A model generated the notes under the pieces. It had not been told where the DNA came from and ran no database searches. It was given only the letters and a program-made list of their open reading frames with translations. A DNA stretch of 56,002 bases from a virus. Its lineage: Duplodnaviria; Caudoviricetes. The position numbers and the translations under genes were made by a program. The stretch lies in IMG/VR virus record IMGVR_UViG_3300021197_000758, positions 1 to 56,002 of that record, one strand, 5' to 3'. Of the stretch, positions 19,301 to 26,505 are shown in pieces (within the stretch, counting starts at the first letter, position 1; each line of letters starts with the position of its first letter).

Positions 19301-22300
19301 TCTACATATTCTACAAATTTTCTTATCCAACTTCGTGGATCGTCTTTAACACTTGGCGAGTCAATTACTTTAATTTGCCGTCTAGGTATCTTTATTGTTC
19401 CAACTTCGCCTTCAGAGCCTTGTTCTTGATTCTGTAGTACGTCTATGTCAGCTTGATTAACAACTTCTCCCTTTGCAACTTTTGCAGACACAACATCTAA
19501 GAAATCTAACACTTTCTTGTCACTACTTAGAATCCCATCTTTGTCGCTGTCAAGTAAAGCTTCTACTGGCACATTAAGAACCTTAGCAAGCTTTCTCAAC
19601 CAATCGTTTATTAAGTCTTTCACAGACTGCGGAGACGACTCGTAGTTTTCTGCTAGTATGCCAAAAAGTTGAGCCATACTCTCCTCAGATTGAAGCTCAT
19701 TTTCATAATTACTAGCAAAGTCATCAAGCTCTTTAAGTAGCTTAGGAGACGCAACCTTACGAACAGAATCTATCATATTTGATGTAATCTGTTGTGCTTT
19801 AGCGTTTGTTATGCCATCCTTGAGTAATAGCGCATGAAAAACTTCGTGCGCAACTGTTGTCATGTTAGCCTTTTCAAGATTTATTCTAATTGTCTTTGTT
19901 CGTAATGCATACTCCCCTCTTGAAATAGGGTTCCCTCCAGCGGCTTCAAAATCTTCTTGAGTTTCGTATACCTCTATAGTAACACCAGGAGCAACTTTCG
20001 ATAAAGCCTTTTTAGCATTTTCAACTTGCTTTTTGACTCTACTCTGCATTCGAGACTTTCCAAATTTACTAGCAACCTTTTCTATTACAGTAGGCTTTCT
20101 TTCAGTTTTTGGAGCCGCATTTGTTGTTTCTGTTGGAGAGACCTTAGTCTTCGGTGTAGCCTTTGTGGTTTCTTTTGGTTTAGAATCACTCAATATATCA
20201 AGCACTAACTCCTTGAAGTAGAAATCGTTTGGGTAAAATCCTTGATCTTCTATAAATGATAACGCATCGTCTACAGCTTGAAGTATATTCCTTCCTGCCG
20301 CATATGAGTTTCTAATAACCTGCAGTGCTGCAACAACAACTGATTCAGGAGCATCTATTCTTTCATTGAATGCAGGTTTAGATCCTTCTGATTTTTGCTG
20401 TCTTGCAGAAAGCTTTTCATCAATAGCGTCGTCTATTTTTTGTAGTTCTTCTTTTTTAAATTCATCTATAAGTTTTTCTGCTTTAGCTAAAGCCCTTCTT
20501 TCTTGGTTTGACTTTTTAGACTTAAATACCCCTATGGCTTTACTTCTCTTCGCTTCCTCTCTAGTTCCAATTAGCTTACCGCTTTCGTTCATCTGAGATA
20601 CAGAAAAAGACCCATCAGCATTCTTTGTTACTTGGAATACGTTTTCTCCAACCTGGACTAAGTCCTTGTCTTTAGACTCATTAGCAGCTTCTTCAAGAGC
20701 AATTTCTTCAAACTCTTGAACGGCTCTCTGATGCTCTTCTTCAAGCTTAGAAAGATCCTCCAAAGCCTTGCTGTCGTACTCTTCTCTAGCCTTTATTTTT
20801 TCTGCAACCTTTTTGGCTCTCAATTCTTTTTTTGTTGGAGCAGCAGGAGTTTCCACTTCCTTTCCTTCAACTGTTAGAGGTAGCTTTTCGTCTACCTTCT
20901 TATCTCTTAAGGATACGTCTTTTAATATTCTTTCTGCTTTAGCTCCCTTAAATGCTCGAATAAGGCCTGTTGCCTTCTCTTTTACCTTTACTACAGCTTT
21001 GCCTTTCTTGTTTCTTCTTCTACCTATTACCTTGTACTCTTTGCCATCTATAGAAACAGCGTCTGAGTCCATGCCTTCAGTTTGTACGTCTACTCCTTCT
21101 GGAGGCATTTTAGTTAACCCGAATCCTGATATAGGCTCCGAACCTACTTCATCTTTGTTTCCAAGTTCAATTATCTCCTCCCCAGACTCAAATACAATAG
21201 TATTTTCGTTTTCTGGATCAATTTTTATGTTACCCTCTTTTCCGTCTAGATATACTTTTTCTTGCTTGTTCGCATTATCTAAAAGATTACCTTCTCTTTT
21301 CTTTGTCTCTACCTCTTTTTTTAGATCCTCCAGATATTCTTGAGGCATTGCTTCCTCTGCAGGAGCAGTCTCTACAGTCTCTTGCTCTTCTTGGGTTGGT
21401 GGGACACCAGTCTCCTTTTCTGTCTCTGTCGATGGCTTTTTATCTTTAGGGTTACTAATTTCCTCAAGTCTAGATTGAACTTCTTTAAGTCTTTCTGACT
21501 CGGTCTTAGTTAACGATGCATTGTCAACATCCTTTATCTTATCTTTTAACCTCTTCTCTTCTATTAATAGCTTTACAGCCTCTGGCTTATTCTCGTCAGT
21601 AAGCCTATCTATCTTATTAGCCGTATTTACAGCACCCTGAGTCTCTCTAAAGTTTGTTTTGATAGCTTCGGCTCGCTCTTCATCCATTCGTCCATTAGCG
21701 ACCTCTATTTCGACTTGCTCGTCAACTATATTAGAGGTATTTTTTTTGGCAGCCAAGTCCATAGTCGTCTTGTCTATATCCGTGTCTGGATTGAATACGG
21801 AAGAAACACTTTCGTACCCTCCAGCTTTAGCTTCATTTGTCGCTTTTACTCGTCCACTTACTACATTTATATTTTTTAACGTAGTTGGTAAAACTGTTAA
21901 TGGCGCAGTTCCTAAGCCAGCAAATCCCTCAAATCCTATCTCTTTAATGTCCATTTCTTGATCAGCAGCTAGTCTACCAGCTACCTCTCCAGCCATACCA
22001 CCCGCAACTTCAACGGCACCACCGGCTGCAGGAGCAGCTATTTTTCGTGCAGCCCTTTTACCAATAGTCTTTCCTCCTTTAACTATTCCAGCTCCGACTT
22101 TTGTGGCTTTACCGGCTAGTCCTCCAGTAAGTCCTTCTATAGCACCAATAGCAACACCTCTACCAATAGCTTTTGATCGTATATCCTTAAGCTGTTCTGG
22201 ATCGTTAAGTATTGCTCTAACTTTTTCAGGAGTAGCCTCTCCATCTATCTTTTCTTGTAGTAATTCAGATAAAGTAAGGCTCGCTTCCATGGCTGCCGCT

Positions 22301-23175
22301 CCAGCTCCTATGCCTCCAGATAAAGCACCTCCAGCAGCTCCCGCTGCTGATGTTATTGGAGCAAAAACACCTCCAGCTAATCCTAATGCAGCTCCAGTTC
22401 CAGCACCAGCACCAGCTCCTGCGACTGCTGCTCCTAGAACTTCTCCAGAAGCTAACGATCCAATTTGAGTGGCCATTGAACTTACAAATAGACTAGTTAA
22501 GACCGTAGGACTTTCTAGCGTACCCATCAAGAATCCAAAAGCACCTCCTCCATTTTCATCAAAAGCCTTATTGAAGTCCTTCATCTCATCAGACTCAACA
22601 GACTTCTTAGCTATCTTGTCGTTTACACGAATCCATTCGCTAATCTCTTTATCTGAAGCATCTGAACCAGACTTTAGTATGTCCATAGAAGGATCTACTG
22701 CTTCGGCCTGAAGAAATCCCTGAACTCCAGCTCTATATATGTCACCAAAGAAGTCGGTTATTGAGTTTTTGCCAAGCGTTCTCTCAAGAAGTGTGTCTTC
22801 CTCTTGTGATGCCAAAAAACCATTCTCCGATACAGAATCCGTACCTGTTGCTTGTTCGTCCATCGCTGTCTGAGTCGCAACATCTTCGACAGCTACTCCC
22901 TTTCCCAACCCTTCTTTCTTTATAAGCACTCCGTCAGCAACTAACTTGTCAAATTGGTCTGGGTACCCCTCCCTAAGTAGGGACTCGCTATAAAGCTCCC
23001 CATCGTACTCATACATAGACTCTTCTTGATTTACTACAGGCTCTTCTTCTTTTTTCTTCAGAACTCCGTCCGCAACTAGTCTATCAAAATCTTCTGGATA
23101 TCCTTCTCTAAGTAAAGATTCGCTATAGTATTGTCCATCGTACTCATACATATCATTTAATTGCTCTTTGCTCAT
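13312..23175 (-). CDS. giant polyvalent internal virion/ejection protein (3287 aa): N-terminal repeats, Gly/Ala hydrophobic segment, coiled coils, HEXXH metallopeptidase, unknown module, SAM methyltransferase, ART-like module, helical C-terminus
   Basis: Last gene of the structural arm; TVAHEVFHALL..EE; VLDYGAGLG; GHFGTGFYF..AQEYA..GFEGV. Confidence 0.8.
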   Translation of the reverse strand: MSKEQLNDMYEYDGQYYSESLLREGYPEDFDRLVADGVLKKKEEEPVVNQEESMYEYDGELYSESLLREGYPDQFDKLVADGVLIKKEGLGKGVAVEDVATQTAMDEQATGTDSVSENGFLASQEEDTLLERTLGKNSITDFFGDIYRAGVQGFLQAEAVDPSMDILKSGSDASDKEISEWIRVNDKIAKKSVESDEMKDFNKAFDENGGGAFGFLMGTLESPTVLTSLFVSSMATQIGSLASGEVLGAAVAGAGAGAGTGAALGLAGGVFAPITSAAGAAGGALSGGIGAGAAAMEASLTLSELLQEKIDGEATPEKVRAILNDPEQLKDIRSKAIGRGVAIGAIEGLTGGLAGKATKVGAGIVKGGKTIGKRAARKIAAPAAGGAVEVAGGMAGEVAGRLAADQEMDIKEIGFEGFAGLGTAPLTVLPTTLKNINVVSGRVKATNEAKAGGYESVSSVFNPDTDIDKTTMDLAAKKNTSNIVDEQVEIEVANGRMDEERAEAIKTNFRETQGAVNTANKIDRLTDENKPEAVKLLIEEKRLKDKIKDVDNASLTKTESERLKEVQSRLEEISNPKDKKPSTETEKETGVPPTQEEQETVETAPAEEAMPQEYLEDLKKEVETKKREGNLLDNANKQEKVYLDGKEGNIKIDPENENTIVFESGEEIIELGNKDEVGSEPISGFGLTKMPPEGVDVQTEGMDSDAVSIDGKEYKVIGRRRNKKGKAVVKVKEKATGLIRAFKGAKAERILKDVSLRDKKVDEKLPLTVEGKEVETPAAPTKKELRAKKVAEKIKAREEYDSKALEDLSKLEEEHQRAVQEFEEIALEEAANESKDKDLVQVGENVFQVTKNADGSFSVSQMNESGKLIGTREEAKRSKAIGVFKSKKSNQERRALAKAEKLIDEFKKEELQKIDDAIDEKLSARQQKSEGSKPAFNERIDAPESVVVAALQVIRNSYAAGRNILQAVDDALSFIEDQGFYPNDFYFKELVLDILSDSKPKETTKATPKTKVSPTETTNAAPKTERKPTVIEKVASKFGKSRMQSRVKKQVENAKKALSKVAPGVTIEVYETQEDFEAAGGNPISRGEYALRTKTIRINLEKANMTTVAHEVFHALLLKDGITNAKAQQITSNMIDSVRKVASPKLLKELDDFASNYENELQSEESMAQLFGILAENYESSPQSVKDLINDWLRKLAKVLNVPVEALLDSDKDGILSSDKKVLDFLDVVSAKVAKGEVVNQADIDVLQNQEQGSEGEVGTIKIPRRQIKVIDSPSVKDDPRSWIRKFVEYVDINEFDLKKFVTNMYDYTNAGKTDLGNGYSIELLGGRNYVPLIMHKMGKVLGDISNLAAFNTKSQAEGFIRNATKGKANLFAPHSGTLNGSWQFQQHIFEQLVDLVLDNNILSNKDIIKLFNVNLRNESAKKTYAKRIKSIEEKGYYIKKVDGKEVKVTKKPAKPSELLSAFRKFIKASGLDIKNLDSFESNPKELVRLLNIENNFSPDLRKNLNQKIAANKKFQKAIGVKSLQEFHQKIMDPLNKGIVGGEIMTFVQFDPTTFEIVKTNPGDVDHHPSFGWTVKAKIERIMQPTKFYKSYDITESYTKYNSEETVVSRKTDPDIDFKSVNVSSAAGAIVKVAEVKIPQIRQQKIDNALSKASGTTQVATTTGSYVKAAKILNSLEKEGEVLDYGAGLGLGTDAMSEVLGSKVDSYELNPERWKGKSPVTYTKSGDINKKYDAIVSLNVVNVVPKNIRDFILEDIYDKLKIGGVAAISSRAFKNDIANAKNFEKGAEDKSYIIKRKKGGETIDVYQKGFDGNEFVEYVQDLLGDKVNVYPNNTFGQRGVIIEKIGDDFPQTRQQKVFRAGDLVNKAEPIYKFEFTQRSTGHFGTGFYFFGKKEDAQEYAKRTGTDTASRIVSVVDLDDYNLAPASLRLHNALKSINDSAMSNKPTSITTYDISTVSKILGVNSPNQISTENPYKEFFHRNYDQYVLLLKKYTEEEIDKGSSNYISFEQSQDEKRDIVANEINEKLKSSGNTDTPSTLIMKALGFEGVNATGTELDNSTYGTVVYDIKPQTRQQQSQEDFTIQDVIEESKKEGLTRKETIEVLQEVGFTKDEIRNGIKQFFKKEKPVTIASETKGLTEKQMFEQGFAEFFDSVKRDKKEAREKAAAKTKERIEKLRASFKARIDKMKDNDKARAAIVKEIKSMIKDSKLSKLSKSTIGKIITRVKLTNANNIQKMVDQVADALNMEIDRILRRQRYKDRGIAIKRIKNLGVLKELQPKLLSIFSVDPAYLSKRSLVKYDKVISDLVNVDKKYDSRMSREELSDMIDSILSDYSSDNQRANELKDRISNSMDPNLTIRKNLDKMLKDGIISKDDHELALRFLDIFNETNADEEMSNAGGKSKEEVLAEIKEEFLDAMNEPTPSILNITGDERSAVKFANSLTEKDFDSLTPQQARDLVRGLEMLKDGFVSTKLLQSKIRVEGNRDSQSVSKEIKERGAIDKLISKSKIFTKNLFLSKNKKETSISNRIRSTPLRNIDQVIKSASDKLKTTNIYKSILYPSSQAFSRLEASLKDIKTNLEKAEALLSIRKNTRFLQKVKVMMYQIQREYESNPKNKEVNTAKKWIEATLDDENSVYDEREKAAIRDLMNEFTVDGKVSTSKILEGMTSKEKRFLAIVDETYASIQEKAAADAANRGMTFIPRENYVHLPKVTNQETQMTKEFDDLHNSFTNPSLKSKAAIQRTGNVHSISLDPVHNAYTASRKTETSYYMYPIVKRAKIALSNLRSEATTKNDKELAKALEDVYDGIISYEFKNVTKDRAFSEKAISFLGRAGYLAQLAGPVKAAVELTTNAGHAMIVNPIEFISGIKTLSASGSNNAVIDAALKVLGSTQTARLTNQQDLSSKDIEDRLFSKSKLFEPEDMTSDIAEDAEIVRNVAKKPLDWFIKFNENLITKPDTLVARPLFVGAFNTSFKKETGVDVDWNKVATDTEYREKYASAIEKATFDADSAVIDNAASNNPFDGIPKNINPKDASAIKSAAIIMDRYMSRFRVFEYYSALKAIQSLVGKGDMSRTKGAMLLAGTVFRMSMYKMAMDMTFALIFMALGIDDDEDEFELGTDLTRNVLAGVATLALGRNIGNLSQIPINYGTEWLNKEYGEGITRTGEYDAYKNNLAFSKIPLDPSPRDDVFTNMVVSSLGSFTPMAKTIKRGVTLQSRASSAKTQETIDKNQNELLTRIPFEIAGNLGAVPAYKDIRKIYLKYLFQGVEKSKSSSRSSRDRDARLKTLKARK
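16951..16971 (-). repeat. cassette-boundary repeat CCACAAACTCGTCAGCAGCAA (PQTRQQQ)
   Basis: Closes the ART-like module; matches copies at 17608 and 18241. Confidence 0.85.
17608..17628 (-). repeat. cassette-boundary repeat CCACAGACCCGTCAGCAGAAA (PQTRQQK)
   Basis: Between the methyltransferase and ART-like modules. Confidence 0.85.
18241..18261 (-). repeat. cassette-boundary repeat CCACAAATTCGTCAGCAGAAA (PQIRQQK)
   Basis: Between the unknown module and the methyltransferase. Confidence 0.85.
22912..23151 (-). repeat. 2 x 35-aa N-terminal repeat MYEYDG..YSESLLREGYP..FD.LVADGVL.KKE
   Basis: Copies at 23151-23047 and 23016-22912. Confidence 0.9.
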
Positions 23176-23208
23176 GCTTATTCTTTTGTTGTAATAAGTT
23201 GTTTTTAT

Positions 23209-25821
23209 TTATTTCTTTCTTTCAGATCTAAGTATAGCCTTTGACTCCTCTACAGAGTGATTAGCTTTATTTCCTCCGCTATACTTGTAGTAGCTTTCCC
23301 CTGCTTTCAGATTGTTTCCTTTACCGTCCTTCATGTCGTAAGGTACTGGGAATGAAGCAAACTCTTTAGCTAACTCCAATAAGGCTTCGTCTTCGCTCAC
23401 GCTTCCACCATCGATATAATCGCCTAATTTGCCACGCTTATTTTTGATAATCCACATTCCTATATTATCTTGAGTTTGTTTATCAAATATAGCATCCTCA
23501 TTAAGACCTAAACCTTTAACTGCTTGCTTCATAGTGTCTGGTATAACTTGATATTGACCAACAGCAAATAGCCTATCTTTGTTTTTCGGATCATTAATTG
23601 ATTGATATTTCATTATCTCTCCAATTGTCATTTCAGATAATTGCTTTCCGCCTCGCACAGTTTCACTTGTTGATCCAACTATACTTGAACCAGAAGTTCC
23701 TCTATTGCTAGAGTTTAACCCACCTTCTCCTGAGGAGATATATTTAAGTAATCCTTCTGCTTTTTCAGATGTTTTAGGGTTAACTTCCTTTATGACTGGA
23801 GTAGAATTAGCTTCCTTTATAACAGGCATCTTTTGATTAACATTAGGCTTCTCTTGTTCTGGAGCCACTACTTCCTCTTCTTTATATTTAGAGCTAGTGG
23901 TTACGGCATCGCTGATAGCTTTTTTATACTCGCTCTTCCAGTCTGCTTCCTCTAGGTCTATTTCAACAACCTTTCCATCATCTCTAGTTATTGCTATAAC
24001 ATCAGACCCTGGACTTGATTCATCTATAAATATTCCTAGTTCGGATAGTGTTGAGAAGTAGTTATCATTAAGCTTACTCATAAATGACTCTTCCGATATA
24101 TTATTATCAAACGTCAATACTGGAGAAATTAAATCAGAGACAATCTTAGGAGTAGGCTTCTTATCAGAAGCTCCTGCAACTAATCTTTCTATACCAAACT
24201 CGCTATACAATTGCTGTAAGGCAAGTTCTGGGTCAGAGATATCTATTTCATCTTTAATTGACACTTTTTCTCCTTTATTATTTGTCTTATAAACAGTTAG
24301 CAAGTTAGGCTTTTCTATGTCTTCTATCTCTACAGTCAACCCTTTATATCCACTAAGTTCATCAAAGTTCATAGCTGCGTAATCTTTATTCTCAAGCAAC
24401 TGTAAGTTAGACATAAGAGCATTAGCTATTAAGTTAGCTCCCTCACTGTTTTTTGTATTAGAATTTGTTTCAATGTACTTTCTAGTAGTTCCATCAACCT
24501 CTTGAGGAGGATTTAACGCTCCAACGTGCTTCATAGATGCTTTTAGTGCAAGCCCTTGTATTTGATCGTACTGATCCTTCGTATATCCATACGTTTTTTC
24601 GGTATTCTCATTGAAGTCTCTTTCCATAATCCCAGAGTCTCCAAGAATCACCTCTTTTCCCTCTACCACATTTCCATTAGCATCCACGGCAGGTACTCCG
24701 TTTTCCATTTTTATTGGTTTGTAGAAGTATTCGACATCCCCATTCTCTAGTTTCCTACTTTCTGCGTAAGACTGAACGAAGTTATTAACCTCTGGACCTT
24801 TAAGGTTCATTATCCCATCAACAAATGCAGATGAGCTTGGCGATACAATTGAAGCTATTTTTGCATAGTCATTTTGAACAACTTGAGCGTAGTAACTCTT
24901 TTCTTGCCCACCAACAATTTCGCTTTTAACTATAGTTTTATTCGGAGTCTTAAAGTCTGCTGTAATGTTACCTGTGCTTTTATCTATAAGTCCAGTCTTA
25001 ATAAAGTCGTCTTTTATCCCAACATCCCCTTCTTTTCCAGATCCAATTATGTCTGGGTTTATAGCAAACGCTCCATAATTATATGGACTTGCTCCAGGCT
25101 TAGTTGTAGAGTTATATATCTCTTGAGCTGATATAGTATACTTGTTACCAGCTTCTAAGTATTTTTTATCTCCTGTCTTTTCGTATAAATCTTTATTGGC
25201 CTTTAATATGGCATCTCCTTCAACAACAACTAAGTTTTGGAATCCACCAGCATCTCCAGAATAAATAGTCTCGTATCTTATTGTGCCAGAAGAGTTGTTC
25301 CCACTCTTCGTAATATCGTTAGCTATTAACCATCTAGGGTCAGTATCATACGCACTAATTTGCCCAGGTTTAGATCCTATTCCTCTCTGAACTAGTGTGT
25401 TATTAAATGTTTCTGAAACAGCAGTTATTGCCGCTACTTGCTGTTGCGCTCCTGCAGCCACATATGTTTTGTATTGAGATACGAATCTTTGATCTTCTTC
25501 GTATCCATCATACTCCTCTGTAGCTTGAGAGAGTCTTAGGTTTCTTTGCTTGAATTCTGAAGCCGCTACCTTTTGTCCACTTAAAAATGAATTAACGTCT
25601 ACTTTATTTTCTATAGCGACCTTAGCTAATCCTAATTCAAGCTGAGACTGATAGTTATCGATCTCTCTAGTTATTTTAAAGTTAGCATCTCTTTTAGCTT
25701 TAGCTTGCTGAACTGTGCTAGTAACAGTTTGAGCTATGTCGCTACCTATTTTTTTAACACTTTCAATGTAAGCTTCTCCAAGTCTGTTATCTATGACTAA
25801 CCTTGGTTTTGTATAACTCAT
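23209..25821 (-). CDS. internal virion/ejection protein with C-terminal lysozyme-like domain (870 aa)
   Basis: C-terminal ISSGEGG..MTIGEI..FAVGQYQVIPDT..FDKQTQD..LAKEFASFP..YY..GNKA resembles lysozyme-fold muramidases; lies between tail genes and the giant protein. Confidence 0.7.
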   Translation of the reverse strand: MSYTKPRLVIDNRLGEAYIESVKKIGSDIAQTVTSTVQQAKAKRDANFKITREIDNYQSQLELGLAKVAIENKVDVNSFLSGQKVAASEFKQRNLRLSQATEEYDGYEEDQRFVSQYKTYVAAGAQQQVAAITAVSETFNNTLVQRGIGSKPGQISAYDTDPRWLIANDITKSGNNSSGTIRYETIYSGDAGGFQNLVVVEGDAILKANKDLYEKTGDKKYLEAGNKYTISAQEIYNSTTKPGASPYNYGAFAINPDIIGSGKEGDVGIKDDFIKTGLIDKSTGNITADFKTPNKTIVKSEIVGGQEKSYYAQVVQNDYAKIASIVSPSSSAFVDGIMNLKGPEVNNFVQSYAESRKLENGDVEYFYKPIKMENGVPAVDANGNVVEGKEVILGDSGIMERDFNENTEKTYGYTKDQYDQIQGLALKASMKHVGALNPPQEVDGTTRKYIETNSNTKNSEGANLIANALMSNLQLLENKDYAAMNFDELSGYKGLTVEIEDIEKPNLLTVYKTNNKGEKVSIKDEIDISDPELALQQLYSEFGIERLVAGASDKKPTPKIVSDLISPVLTFDNNISEESFMSKLNDNYFSTLSELGIFIDESSPGSDVIAITRDDGKVVEIDLEEADWKSEYKKAISDAVTTSSKYKEEEVVAPEQEKPNVNQKMPVIKEANSTPVIKEVNPKTSEKAEGLLKYISSGEGGLNSSNRGTSGSSIVGSTSETVRGGKQLSEMTIGEIMKYQSINDPKNKDRLFAVGQYQVIPDTMKQAVKGLGLNEDAIFDKQTQDNIGMWIIKNKRGKLGDYIDGGSVSEDEALLELAKEFASFPVPYDMKDGKGNNLKAGESYYKYSGGNKANHSVEESKAILRSERKK

Positions 25822-25842
25822 ATTTATATTATTTCATTACTA

Positions 25843-26493
25843 TTATTTACCACCAAAAGAGCTAATTCCATAAGCTGCTGAGCCAAGCATATCTCCAACT
25901 AGATTTAGTCTAGACTGATTAGCTAGGATCTTATTAGTTTGAGAAGCTCTAGCTTGAGCTGTTGCATTGTCTGCAAGGGCTGCCTGTCTATCTAATTTAT
26001 CCATCTCTCTTTGCTCCTTAACATTAAATACTCTAGTATTTTCAGCTAGAACTTGTTGCTGCAAGTATGCCTCTCCTTGAGCAGCTAACTTTTGGTTAGA
26101 TGCTTCCTGAGACTCTATGCTTGCGGCTACGCTCTGCTTACTCTGAAGTGCAGCCTGAGCTAATGCAGTAGCGCCTCCAGCAGCTCCACCAGTAGCTCTT
26201 ATTGTATCTAGCGTGTTAGCTAGAGCTATATCCGACTGCTCTATTTGCATTTCCGCAGCAGCAGTAGCTACACCTAAGTTATTGAATGGGTTACTCAACC
26301 CAGAACTGAAGTTAGTAACATCCTGCCTATTGTTTTCTAATTTCTCAAGCTTATCCATTTGCTTCTTAGCATTGAATTGATCTTCTGAGTTTTGTTTTCT
26401 TAATGCACCGAAAGTATCACTAGCTCCTTTCATTTTTGATGCTATTCCGCCTAAGCTTAGAGCTGTAGCTGCTATCGCTATTCCTAATCCCAT
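25843..26493 (-). CDS. small internal virion/ejection protein (216 aa)
   Basis: Hydrophobic Gly/Ala termini and A/Q-rich coiled coil; first of three putative ejection genes, a layout typical of podoviruses. Confidence 0.6.
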   Translation of the reverse strand: MGLGIAIAATALSLGGIASKMKGASDTFGALRKQNSEDQFNAKKQMDKLEKLENNRQDVTNFSSGLSNPFNNLGVATAAAEMQIEQSDIALANTLDTIRATGGAAGGATALAQAALQSKQSVAASIESQEASNQKLAAQGEAYLQQQVLAENTRVFNVKEQREMDKLDRQAALADNATAQARASQTNKILANQSRLNLVGDMLGSAAYGISSFGGK

Positions 26494-26505
26494 ATTATTT
26501 ATTTT

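Noticed and set aside
13796-22711. Many + strand ORFs opposite the giant gene, and similar shadow ORFs elsewhere (e.g. 2133-2381, 3888-4190, 41352-41954, 54084-54638)
   Set aside because: S/L/F-rich antisense or off-frame shadows of real genes with no recognisable motifs
13312-23175. Giant protein as a crAss/N4-like virion RNA polymerase
   Set aside because: DxDxD-like strings (DPDID ~18325-18339, DSDKD ~19537-19551) lack the DFDID/NADFDGD context and lie in or beside other modules; the phage also encodes a sigma factor, implying use of host RNAP
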